Shown: piece by piece, positions 1 through 12,949 of the stretch
Layout: every line of letters starts with the position of its first letter
Numbering within the stretch: position 1 is the stretch's first letter
Source of the DNA: Octopus sinensis
Taxonomy: Eukaryota
DNA: 64,000 bases
Direction of reading: 5' to 3'
Assembly (NCBI RefSeq): GCF_006345805.1
Contig: NC_042997.1
Location: 193,316,001 to 193,380,000, forward strand
Program-made: the position numbers and the translations under genes
The notes under the pieces: model-generated
What the model saw: only the letters and a program-made list of their open reading frames with translations
The model's database searches: none
What the model was told of the DNA's origin: nothing

Positions 1-643
1 CAGTATCCAACTGTCTCATTCTGTCATGTTAGATCATCCACAAATGAGGTCAGTTGTGGGAGCATATATGCCATTGGAGAACATTGGCTACTTTTGCCAT
101 TTGTCACTATATTTCCCAGCTCCTCACGGGCGACCTGTCAAACAGAGTCCAAGTCAGTTTCCCATCTCCACAAGAAACCTCCTCATGTGCAGTGACCATG
201 TGGCATGTGGTTGACTAACACAAGTCATCAACCCAGAAACTCGAGCAACATGGCCAAACAGTAATAAAAGATTTTGGTCAGCCAGAGGCTATAGTAGAAG
301 ACACTTGCCCAAGGTGCCATGCAGTGGGACTGAACTCGGAACCATGGGGTTCATAAGAATCCAGTGCTGTCAATAATTTTTTCTACATTAGGCACAAGGC
401 CAGCAATTTTGAGGAGAGTAGGGCAAATCGATTACATCAACCCCAGTATTCAACTGCTGCTTATTCTATTGCCCTTAAAAGGATGAAAGGCAATGTTAAC
501 TCAGGCAGAATTTGAACCCAAAACGTAAAGATCAGGAAGAAATGGTGCTAAGCAGTTTTGTCTCGCACAAAAATGACTCTACCAGCTCACTGCCTTAGTA
601 ATAACAAAGAGAAGAACAAAAGTGAAAAATAAAAAGCCCTTAC

Positions 644-708
644 CTTTTGTTACTACTAATAGATCGTCTGTGTTTCATATAGTGAAGGTTCCGATGGAGA
701 AATATTGG
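644..708 (-). CDS. SUZ12: SUZ12 third coding exon (65 nt, PIFLHRNLHYMKHRRSISSNKR); gene continues beyond the left edge
   Basis: Minus strand reads ttctttttag|CCA ATA TTT CTC CAT CGG AAC CTT CAC TAT ATG...AAC AAA AG|gtaagg, matching vertebrate PIFLHRTLTYMSHR. Confidence 0.95.
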
Positions 709-1499
709 CTAAAAAGAATAAATAATAATAAAACAGGTAAGTAACAAAGTAAAAGAAAAACGAAGCAATAATAAGCAAATCTAAACAACAATATCTCATT
801 CTCTTCAAGGATACATCATCATACTTTTCCCAGCTTGCATGGGTCAGACAATTTGTTGAGGTAAGTTTTATCCTTTTAGTGTTCAAACCGGCCATATCAG
901 GCCCAAATAATGTACCTGTTATATGTTCAAACTGACCAGATAAGGCCTCTCACACTTACCTTAAAATGTCATGTTAAAAATAAACAATCACATCATTGAA
1001 ATCTCAAAGCTACAAGATAATGTATGATAAATTCAAAATAATGAGAATAATTAAGCATTGCATATGATAGAGTAATCTGAATGCTAAAGGGTTATAAAGC
1101 TGGATGTCTTTTCCATTGCTAATCCATATCTGTTTCCAAGCAAGGTAATATTTCCCTAGGCCATGGAAAACTGGAAACGGACAACATTGCTTGTGTGGTG
1201 CTGAGGCTGGTTTACAATCACATGATATCAAGACAAGAGTACACACATACACACACAATAACATTTTAATAAATTAAAGCAGAAAAATATTTAATACAGA
1301 AAGAGGTGTTTTGCTGTTGCATGGCCTGTACACTATAGGAGCAAATCCCCTTTGAAAAAGTAACCAACACTTTTAAAATGGGATCACATACTGAGAGACT
1401 TAAATCTTGGTTGAGACAACTAACACTTCTTAATTATATGCCTTCTTTTAACCTAAGTTATTATTGTTAAAAGCAAGCCCCAAGTGAACCCAAAGACTT

Positions 1500-1880
1500 T
1501 ATATATATATATAATGCTGAAGTTGTCTGTGTATGGCAGGTTTGGTAGCCTTCAACTAACACTATCTCCTCTGAGACCCTGTGGCGCAAGTTGACCAAAA
1601 TTGAGGAAGGCTTGCTCTTCATTCCGTAGAAGAAAAATTTCAAATCAGACCATGTTAACACCAAAAATTATTAACATCAAAAAGGTGCTTTTTTGCTATG
1701 AAAATCCTTATTTTTTACGATTTTTTTACTGCTGTGTCGCCATTTTTTGGTGTATTTCAACCAGAAAAATGTTCACTTAAAGAGAATAACAAGCTACATA
1801 ATGCAAAATTTCTATTTTTCAAAAATTCCAATTCTAAAGGGTCAAAACAAACTCGAGCAACGCCGGGCGATACTGCTAGT
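1500..1880 (-). mobile_element. Helentron-like non-autonomous element; related ends at 40777-41165 (+) and 21007-21375
   Basis: Terminal actagcagtatcgcccggcgttgctc motif shared with 40777. The opposite end is acagac..(TA)n. The 21007 copy begins with a 16-bp perfect hairpin actagcactatgaccc / gggtcatagtgctagt. Confidence 0.6.
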
Positions 1881-3385
1881 TATTGTTAAAAGTAAGTCCT
1901 AAGTGAACCCAAAGACTTAATATTTGATTAAAACAACACTAACAGTAATAATCTCTATGTTTGATAAAAGGCCACACACTTGAAGAAAAGTGCTAATCAA
2001 TCCCCACTCACTTCCTAATGCTTTACTTGATACTTAATTTAGCCGTCAACGCAGGCAACATCTGGATGTAGAGCGTAAAGGAATATTACTCGTAATTAAT
2101 TAATAGGGCTGCTTCTGAGCATTTGCTTGGCTACCTACACAGAAGATCCAAACAGCTGACTTAAAAAGAAAAAGTTATTTGCAAAGTAAACCATCTTATG
2201 GTATCATGGCCAATAGGTTTATCCTAAATCAAGTCACCGAAGCTAGAGAGCAATGTAATTAATAGCGGAAGATATAGAAAGAAAAAGTAGCAACTTAGCA
2301 ACTAATCTGGTAAGACAAAACTAAAAGCAAATATTATATACCAAACAAAGATGTACTAAGCCATTAATAAAAATTAATGACATCACCCAACAAGATGTAG
2401 AATTAACTGTCTCTTGTGTGCAAGTGTGTATTTCTACTGCATCATCATTCTCTTATTAATCATTTAAGTAATAATCTACAATGATAGAATCTCAAACTCA
2501 TCTAATCCTAAGTGGATTACAAAAGATGCATAACTATGTGCATCAGTTACAAGTGTCGCACTTTATGAAGATGCTAGCACTGCTACAACTTTCGGCTTAG
2601 GTAAGCAGTGAAAGCTCATTTACTCATCTGGAAGCGAAAAAGTGCAGTGTGGAGAAAAATCAAGATTAAGAAAGAATAAACAGGAAGTATATTACTAATA
2701 TTACGAATTAACCCTCTGGTTACCAGATTTCAGTCGAGGTACTCTTGTCTATATTTCAATTTATTCTGAAGATAAACAATTTGGTAAAATTACTACTACC
2801 CCTTAACCCTTTTGATACCAACCGACAGAAACCGGCTCTGGCTCTGAGTACAAATGTCTTGTTTTCATAAGTTTTGAATTAAAACCTTCCAATTTATGTT
2901 CCTAACACTACTGAATGATAACTAAGATATTTTACTAAATTCTTTGTTATAGTTAATGTAATTGAGAGAAACACAGAGCATCTCAAAATAAATATGGTAA
3001 TGAATGGGTTAATGTAAATATTATGAGACTAGTGTTTGGAACATAAAATTTTAATTCAGAAAATTTCAACCCTTTGGCATTCATATAACTCTGTCAAATG
3101 TAATGCTTATTTACTCACATTGCTTTGAATTAATCACGTATTATCTGAAGAGTTTCAAGATTTTGATTTCTCTTACTCTTTACTCCTTTACTTGTTTCAG
3201 TCATTTGACTGCGGCCATGCTGGAGCACCACCTTTAGTCGAGCAAATCGACCCCAGGACTTATTCTTTGTAAGCCTAGTACTTATCCTATCGATTTCTTT
3301 TGCCGAACTGCTAAGTTACGGGGACATAAACACACCAGCATCGGTTGTCAAGCGATGTTGGGAGGACAAACACAGACACACAAAC

Positions 3386-3424
<39 letters not shown>

Positions 3425-3935
3425 TATATACAATGGGCTTCTTTCAATTTCCGTCTACCAAATCCAAGCACAAGGCTTTGGTCAGCCCGAGGCTATAGTA
3501 GAAGACGCTTGCCCAAGGTGCCATGCAATGGGACTGAACCCGGAACCATGTGGTTCGTAAGCAAGCTACTTACGACACAGCCACTTCGGTGTCTATGATT
3601 GTTTATTTTTAAAATGACACTGTACAGTAGACGTGAGAGGCCAGATTTAGCCAGTTTGAACATAAAGTAGGTAAAATATTTGGGCTAGATGTGGCTAGAT
3701 TAAATGCTACAGGATTAAAACAAGAAGGTTGTTTTTTATAACCAAGGATGATCTCAGGCAGTTTGATATCAAAAGGGTAAACTGCTAATGTATTTCATTT
3801 TATTTTATAACTTAGTTGAAAGAAGAAAGACAGTGCTTATGATCTTTTCCAAGGTCTCAGAGGCTGGTGAAAGGAAGTGAACTGGAGACCTGACCCAAAT
3901 ACTAGTAATAGAGTAGGCACTATGAGAGATACCCC

Positions 3936-4166
3936 ATTTCTTTATTACCCACAAGGGGCTAAACATAGAAGGGACAAACAAGGACAGACATAGGTATTAA
4001 GTCGATTACATCGACCCCAGTGCGTAACTGGTACTTAATTTATCGACCCCGAAAGGATGAAAGGTAAAGTCGACCTCGGCGGAATTTGAACTCAGAACGT
4101 AACGACAGACGAAATACAGCTAAGCATTTCGCCCGACGTGCTAACGTTTATGCCAGCTCGCCGCCT
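3936..4166 (-). mobile_element. Nin-domain SINE with 14-bp TSD; family also at ~380-596, 10225-10615, 19600-20272 (three tandem copies), 60100-60315, 63215-63457
   Basis: Central gcctttcatcctttcggggtcgataaattaagtaccag resembles the Nin/Deu domain. TSD tatgagagataccc at 3921-3934 and 4167-4180. Confidence 0.8.
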
Positions 4167-6130
4167 TATGAGAGATACCCAAAGGCCAGGTGATGCTAAA
4201 CTAGGTGATGGATCAAGTCTACTATCCCTTACTCTTTTACTTGTTTCAGTCATTTGACTGTGGTCATGCTGGAGCACCGCCTTTAGTCGAGCAAAGCAAC
4301 CTCAGGACTTATTCTTTGTAAGCCTAGTACATAATCTATCAGTCTCTTTTGTCGAACCACTAAGTTACGGGGACGTAAACACACCAGCATCAGTTGTCAA
4401 GCGATGTTGGAAGAGACAAACACAGACACATAAACATGCACACACACATATATATACATATATACAACGGGCTTCTTTCAGTTTCTGTCTACCAAATCCA
4501 CTCACAAGGCTTTGGTCGGCCCAAGGCTATAGTAGAAGACACTTTGCCCAAGGTGCCATGCAGTGGTACTGAACCCAGAACCATGTGGTTGGTAAGCAAG
4601 CTACTTAGCACACAGCCACTCCTGTGCCTTAAATGCAAACATTATTACGAAAATAGACACAAGGTAGCAAACTGGTAGAATTGTTAGGCAAAATGCTTAA
4701 TAGTATTTATGTTCTGAGTTCAAGATCGACTTTACATTTTACCCTTTCAGGGTTGATGAAATAAGCAACCAGTTTATAGCCTTGGAGTCGATATAATTGA
4801 CTAACCCCTTCCCACAAAATTTCAGCCCCTGTGACTATAGAGGAAAGGGATTATGAAAATACATAAATATCAATTTGAGAGAGAGAAAATAGCAGGCCTG
4901 ATGATGGAAATGAACCATGTAGCTATCAACTGCCAGGTGACTCATGTTATTAAGTACATTACAGACAATTTGTCCTTTCATCACCACAAATTCAGTCCTT
5001 TATTTCTGCTCATTTAAATGTACTGTTTTAGTGTTTCCCCAAATTTCTAATACAGCAAGGTGTTGTACCTGGGCTTAATCATCATCATCATCATTTAACG
5101 TCCGTTTTCCATGCTAGCATGGGTTAGACGGTTCGACTAGGGTCTGGTAAGCCATGGAGGCTGCACCAGGCTCCAATCTCGTTTGGCAGAGTTTCTACAG
5201 CTGGATGCCCTTCCTAACGCCAGCCACTCTGTGAGTGTAGTGGGTGTCTTTTACGTGCCACCGGCACAGGGGCCAGAGGAGGCTGGCAAATGGCCATGAT
5301 CAGTTGGTGCTCTTACATGTCAACGGATCGTGGCCGTTTTAAAAAAACAATTAACCCCATGAATCAAATAACAAATTGACTGCTGTAATGACTTTTGATG
5401 TTATAATTATCATGCATACAGAAAAATTCCAACAGTGGGCCTGTTGCTCATTCCTTTCACAAAACAGTGCTTTTAATGTGAATATCATTACTAAAACTGT
5501 CCAATAAATAAGTCAGTACCCATAGCTCTTGCTGGAACTTCCAGAATCCATGTGATGTTCAGCTTAACTCTCTTGCATTCACATTATTCTGTCAAATGTA
5601 ATGCTTATTTATTCACATTGTTTTGAATTAATTATGTATTAACTTGTGGCTGATGCAATAAGGTAGGTGTGAAATGTCGGATCTGATTAATTTAATTGCT
5701 AAAGAGTTGAACACCCACAGTCAGTACTGTGAAAAAGCACCCAGTACACACTGTAAAGTGGTTGGTGTTAGAAAGGGCATCCAGCCATAGGAACCATGCC
5801 AAAACATGAAGCCAGGGCAGCTCTTCAGCTGATCAGCTCCAGTCAAACCATCCAACCCATGCTAGCATGGAAAACGGATGTATGATGATGATAATGTTAT
5901 TACACCTACTATTTGAGTATTTACATCCATTTTGATCAATTTGATCTCCAAACACCATCAGGTATTTTATTTCTGAATGTGTGTACACAGAATCAGACTC
6001 GATTCAGACAAGGAACCTAAACATTCTTATCCATTAGGCCAGTGATGCACATAGAACTCTAGGTTTTATATATTTAACTTTCAGTAGAGTTAATGCCCAC
6101 ACAGGTCTTATTGACTGGGTTCTTTTGTAA

Positions 6131-6957
6131 CCCTTTAGCGTTCAGATTATTCTGCCAAATGTAATGCATATTTATTCATATTGCTTTGAATTAATCATGC
6201 TTTATCTCATCATCATCATCGTCATCGTCGTTTAACGTCAGCTTTCTATGCTAGCGTGGGTTGGACATTTTGACTGAGGACTGGCGAACCAGATGGCTGC
6301 ACCAGGCTCCAATCTTGATCTGGCAGAGTTTCTACAGCTGGATGCCCTTCCTAACGCCAACAACTCCAAGAGTGTAGCGGGTGCTTTTACATTCCACTGG
6401 CACGAGGGCCAGTCAGACGGTACTAGCAACGGCCATGCGCAAATGGTGTTTTTTACGTGCCACCTGCACAGGAGCCAGTCCAGCAGCACTGGCAACAACC
6501 TCACTTGAATGTTTTTGCACATGCCACCGGCACAAATGCCAGTAAGGCAACGCTGGTAACGATCACACTCGAATGGTGCTTTTTACGTACCACCGGCACA
6601 GAAGCCAGTTAGCCACTCTGGCAACGATCACGCTCGGATGGTGCCCTTCGCGCTCCACTAGCACAGACGTCAGTCATCGAATTTGATTTCGATTTCACTT
6701 GCCTCAACAGGTTTTCACAAGTAGAGTTTAGTGTCCAATGAAGGAAAGGTATGCATAAGTGGGCTGGTTACACCCCTGGCATAGGCCACGAGGTTATGGT
6801 CTCACTTGGCTTGCCAAGCTTCAAAATTTCAGTGAAAACGATTGTGTAGTTTTAGAATGACATTATAGGGTAGATATGGAAGGTCAAATCTGGCTGGTTT
6901 GTGTATAAAACAGGTAGAATACATGGGCCAGATATGGCCAGTTTAAATGCTTATAGG
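6131..6957 (+). mobile_element. piggyBac-type MITE family B (ccctttagcattc...gctaaaggg) interrupted by an RTE tail; other copies ~870-1091, 3070-3714, 5568-5707, 10060-10674, 14200-14387, 23918-24432
   Basis: Shared body tgtcaaatgtaatgcttatttattcacattg...ggatatggccggtttaaatgctaaaggg with TTAA-like flanks. Confidence 0.75.
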
Positions 6958-9539
6958 TTAATGGTTTTCACTTTCTTTGTCCATCAGTAATGGTACTTGT
7001 TTGCTTCTCTACATTCCGTTATTCCTTACTTAGATATTATTGTATTGTAACGTTTAAAATCTGAAAATAAATTGGTTGGTTTAGGTAGACGCAGTTCTAA
7101 CCACTCTTAGATAGATTTAACTCCAGGAAGAAACGAACATTAAATCAATATGGTTGTCTTTACAAAGTTGTAACAACACAAGAGCGAAAAGTGAATTTTA
7201 AAAACTTAAGAGAAAAGTATTAAAAAATAACTGAAGACAGACTGATCTATTTTTTTACTCGTTTCAGTCATTAGGCTGCGACCATGCTGGGGCATCGCCT
7301 TGATGAATTTTTAGTCAAGTGAATCGATCCCAGAACTTTTTTAAAGCCTGGTACTTATTCTATTGGTCTCTTTTGCTTAACTGCTAAGTTACAGGAACAT
7401 AAACACACCAATACCAGTTGTCAAGTAGTGACAGGGGAAAAACTACGCGCGCACACATGCACGTGCATGCGCATGATGGGCTTGTTTCCATGTACCAAAT
7501 CCATCAACAAGGCTTTGGTTAGCCCAAGGCTACAGAAGACACTTGCTCAAGGTGTCATGCAGTGGGACTGAACCCAGATCCATGTGGTTGGGAAGCAAGC
7601 TTCTTACCACACACCCATGCCTGCACCTATTTCAATTTTTAAAAAATTTTCATTTATAAATCATCAGATTAAATATCTCATCAAATAACAAATCACCAAG
7701 AGAACGGACTAAGTTCACACTACATTATTTTTTTTTCCCCCCCTTTTCTTTTTGCACTGAGAGAAAAAAAAAAACCATTTTCCTTTATACTGTAAACTTA
7801 AGTCCTAACACCATTCTTCAGTGAGCCACAAAAATTATTATTCCTGTTACATTCTTCTCTGTATTTTAACAATTTAAAAATAACATTGACTATTTTCGGG
7901 TTAACATTATTGGCCCAAAAATAGTCGATACTGTTTTCCGAACAGCCTGTTATACAATGAAGCATTTCATAACACCAGAAAATAACCCCACCCACCAATA
8001 AAATTTGCCATTTCATATTTTATATATCAATCTCTATTCCTCCCTCTCCCCTCTTCATATACAATAGACAGGAAATATAAAAGTGTGTTTATATACATTT
8101 AGAGAAAATAAAGTTATGAGAAAAAGAAGGTTTTTGTTCATTATAAGGAAGAACTGATGTAAAAGAAGGAATTAATTTCAAGTTGACATACACACAAGAG
8201 TAGCAGTGTGGGAAGAAGCTTGTTTCCTCAGCTGCATGGTTCCGGGTTCAGTCCCACTGCATAACATCTTGGGCAAGTGTCTTCTACTATATTCCCGGAC
8301 TGACCAAAGCCGTTTGAGTGGATTTGGCAAATGGAAACTTAAAGAAACCCATTGTGTGTGTGTGTGTATATATTTGTTTCTCTCCTTGTTTTTTCTGTGT
8401 CTCTTTCTGTAGATGAGCATAGGCTCGAAACGTAAAAGACTTTTTCTATTCCTGAGCGTTATACTAATACATCTGTTTGTTTTGTACACCACCTGTCTTC
8501 TTTTGTTTTTTTCGTAAACTCTCCCTCTATATATATATATATATATATAAATGGGAGGGGGGATTCTCACCATTGCTTGACAACTGGTTTATATCCCCCA
8601 TTACTTGGTGGTTCGGCAAAATGGAGACCGCTAAAGGAAGCACCAGGCTCAACAAAAGATAAATACTGGGGTTGATTCATTTGACTAAAAATTCTTCAAG
8701 GTGGTGCCCCAGCATGGCCACAGTCTAATGACCGAAACAAGTAGAAAGAGAAAAGATATACACTGAAGACATCCCACCTACAAAGACAAACTGCTTCAAT
8801 ATAAAAAAACTATGTAAACAAACGAATGTGAACACAAATCCAGAAAGCTTATTATGACTGTGTTGGTTGCTTTATAAACAACCAGCAACCAGTCACACAA
8901 GTTAGTAAAAGAAGATAACACCTATCAGTAAATTAGCACTATTAAAGCTCTCTGACCCATCTTCTCACAAACACAAATAAATAAATAAGAAAAGGCACAG
9001 CTGTGTGGTAAGAAGTTTGCTTCTCAGCTACATGGTTCCAGGTTCAGTCTCACTGCGTGGCACCCTGGGCAAGTGTCTTCCAAACTAAAACTAAAGCTGA
9101 TAGACTAGACTCCTAGTTTTAATTTATTCTGCATTTTATACAACAAAGTTTTCAATAATTACAAGATTTTCAGTTCTAAATAAGCAATTAGCATTTCAAC
9201 CCTTTTGTAATTATATTTCTGATGAATTACATTGCTTCTGATTCAATTAGTTTTGAAAATAACGAAGAATTAAATAAAATAACTTTGCCATTATTAACTT
9301 AGTATTTGGGACATAAATTAGCAAGGGACTTTAATGAAAGGTTTTAATTCGGATCACTTTACAACAAGAAGTTTCCATTACAGAAGCAGGAGCAGTCCCA
9401 GAAGGGCTAGTATCAAATGGGTTGAAAGGTATTTTTCAAGCAAGTTTAGGTGGTAAGTAGCTTGCTTACCAACCACATGGTTCTGGGTTCAGTTACACTG
9501 CGTGGCACCTTGGGCAAAGCCTTGTGAGTGGATTGATCC

Positions 9540-9730
9540 CCTCCATTTTCTTATTGCTATATAAATTAATGGTAAATTATCTCTTTACCTTCACCCATTT
9601 AATACACTAGGTAATGTAATTGCAATGCAATAAAAAATACTTGTGTATTAATAATTGGGTATTCTACCAGCAGTATATTGGATAGATATTATTCCTTAGT
9701 GAGTTGGATTCACAACCTCTAACTTTCTTG
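9540..9730 (+). repeat. Penelope-like terminal-repeat family fragment; inverted copy at ~12955-13140; related end at ~52354-52371
   Basis: Shared ctccattttcttattg...taccttcacccattt...ttgcaatgcaat...cagtatattggata blocks. The same ctccattttcttattgct start follows the 52.1-kb hammerhead. Family assignment is inferred. Confidence 0.45.
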
Positions 9731-12303
9731 GAGTTATATGTATGTATGTATGTATGTTTGTGTATGTCCCCGTCCCCACATCGCTTGACAACCGATGCTG
9801 GCATGTTTGCATGCCCGTAACTTAGTGGTTCGGCAAAAGACTGATAAAATAAGTACTAGACTTACAAAGAATAAGTCCTGGGATCGATATGCTTGACTAA
9901 AGGCAGTGCTCCAGCATGGCCGCAGTCAAATGACTGAAACAAGTAAAAGAGTAAACCGGATAAGATATATCTATTTTTTTACCCCTTTTAAAATTAGTAA
10001 TATAAAACTACCAAAAAAATTTTGGATAATAAATTTGCATATGTCTAATTAGCTTTAATCCATCAGCATTTAACGCAGCCATATCCTGCCCAAAATGTTC
10101 TACCTTTTTTTATGTTCAAACTGGCCAGGTCTGGCCCCTCACATCTACATGACAATGTCATAAACAATCACATCACTGAAACCTCAAAGCTACAAAATAA
10201 TACATGATTAATTCAAAATAATCTTTTCTACTCTAGGCACAAGTTCTGAAATGGTGGGGGAGGGGGCTAGTCGATTAGAGTGACCCCACCATACAATCCG
10301 TACTTAATTTATCGACCCCAAAAGGATGAAAGGCAAAAATCAATCTCAGCAGAATTTGAAGTCAGAACGTGAAGACAGACAAAATATCTATTTCTTTACT
10401 ACCCACAAGGGGTTAAACACAGAGAGGACAAACAAGGACAAACGGATTAAGTCGATTATATCGACCTAAGTGCGTAACTGGTACTTAATTTATCGACCCC
10501 AAAAGGATGAAAGGCAAAGTCGACCTCGGCGGAATTTGAACTCAGAACGTAAAGGCAACGAAATACGGCTACACACTTCACCCGGCGTGCTAACGTTTCT
10601 GCCAGCTCGACGCCTTCAGAATAATGCAAATGAATATGCATTACATTTGACAGAGTAGTCTCAACGTTAAAGGGTTAATTAATAAAACCACTGACAATGA
10701 TGAAGATTAATTCTCATTTTAAAGAACTGTTGAATAAACATATGCTTGCACCAAGTTTAAAACATTCAAAATGTGACAGAGTTACTACTCTAAAATTTAA
10801 CAAGTTAAACAAAATATTCAATACATGAAATTTTGCATTTTTTCAAACATAAAATATAAATACACTCAACTATTTTAGTATTGAAGAGATAAATATATCT
10901 ATAAAGTAAATTATTTTATATCTTTTGTTTTAGCCATTAGACCATGGTCAAACTGGAGCACTGCCTTGTAGAATTTTTAGTCAAACAAATCAGCCACAAC
11001 ACTTTTTTTTAAAACCTGGTATTTATTCTATTGGTCTCTTTAATGGAACCATGTTACGGGGATGTAAACATACCAACACCACCTGTCAAGTAGTGGTCAC
11101 ACACACACACACACACACACACATGATGGGCATCTTCATTTTCTATCTACCAAATTCACTCACAAGGCTCTGTTCAGCCCAAGGCTATCATAGAGGACAC
11201 TTGCCTAAGGTGCCATGCAGCAGGACTGAACCCAAAACCATGCGGTTGAGAAACTAACTTCTTACCACACAGCCACTTTCTTATACAGGTAATTTCTTAA
11301 ATATTGTTTTGACAAAGGAAGACAAATATTACAGGTGAACTGCCAAAAATATTAGACAAAAGCAACCAAACTTATCATCGTATAAGCACCAGTGTGGATG
11401 CCAATCACATGGTTCCAGGTTCAGTCCCAATGTATGGCACCTTAGGCAAGTGTCTTCTACTATAGCCTTGGACCAAACAAAACCGGGAGTGGATTTCCTA
11501 GACAGAAACTGAAAGAAGCCCATCATGTTTATGTATATATATATATCTGTGTGTGTGTGCCTTTGTGTCTGTTTGTCCCCCGCCACTGCTTGACAACCGG
11601 TGTTGGTGTGGTTCTGTCCCCATAATTTAGTGGTTTGGCAAAGAGACAGATAAAGTACCAGGCTTTAACCCTTTCCTTACCAACTTGGCTGAAACTGGCT
11701 CTGAGTACAAATGTCTTGTTTTCATAAGTTTGGAACTAAATCTTCCACCAAACCTTAGCCACAATTTATGTTCCTAACACTAGCTGAATGATAACCAAGT
11801 TATTTTACTAAATTATTTGTTAGTAATTGAAAGAAATACAAAGCATCTCAAAATAAATACAGTAATGAAAGGGTTATTCAAGTCTGAACTTATTTTCACA
11901 ATAGCAGCATGAATTTTTTTTTCCTGCATTGTTACGTTTGAGTAGTGCTACAGAACTATGGAACAAAATTGCTAGTTCTAACTAAGAAGTATGTTAGGCC
12001 CAGGAGTGGCTGTGTGGTGAGTGGCTTGCTTACCAACCTCATGGCTCCAGGTTCAGTTCCATTGCGTGGCACCTTGGGCAAGTGTCTTTGGTGGACTGAA
12101 ACTGAAAGGAACCCCATCGTGTATATATGACTGTGTGTGTGCACATGCATGTGTCTGTGTCCCCGTAAACTTAATGGCTTGACAAAAGAGACCAACAGGA
12201 TAAGTACTAGGTTTACAAAGAATAAATCCCGGGGTTGATTTGTTTGACTAAAAGTGGTGTTCCAGCATGGACGCAGTCAAATGACTGAAACAAATAGAAG
12301 AAA

Positions 12304-12342
<39 letters not shown>

Positions 12343-12347
<5 letters not shown>

Positions 12348-12512
12348 CCACTACACACATTTTTTTCTCTCCTTGTTTTTTCTGTGTCCCTTTCTGTAGA
12401 AGAGCGTAGGCTCGAAACGTAAAAGACTTCTTCTATTCCTGAGCATTATACTAATACATCTGTTTGTTTTGTACACCACCTGTCTTCATCTTTTGTTTTT
12501 TTCGTAAACTCT

Positions 12513-12516
<4 letters not shown>
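12343..12516 (+). repeat. Short (TA)n-embedded repeat carrying a variant hammerhead-like motif (12390-12425); second copy at ~8376-8526
   Basis: Two near-identical ~150-175 bp copies. Motif cttt-CTGTAGA-A-GAGC-gtag-GCTC-GAAAC-GTA-aaag. Confidence 0.6.
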
Positions 12517-12543
<27 letters not shown>

Positions 12544-12912
12544 ACCATGATCTGATTGGAATGCAAACTGCTCTACCAAATTTGCCCAATGCATAGTTGT
12601 CAAGTTCTCTACAGAAGTTTTAAATCACAAGTCAATTTGATTTGAAGCCATTTTGCCACTTATACATGAGATAGCACAATAACAGAAGCAGCTTAACATA
12701 TACAATTGATATCTTTTATTTTTTTACTTGTTTCAGTCATCAGACTGCGGCCATGCTGGGGCACCACCTTGAAGAATTTTTAGTCAAATAAATCAATCCC
12801 AGTACTTATATTTGGTCAAGCCTGGCACTTGCTCTATTTTTCTTTTTTGTTAGACTAAGTTACGAGGACATAAAGACACTAACACACGTGTGTGTGCATG
12901 TGTATACATATA

Positions 12913-12949
<37 letters not shown>

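Noticed and set aside
1-262. Minus-strand LINE RT C-terminal fragment (LFGHVAR)
   Set aside because: A single short motif at the window edge, not enough to assign a family.
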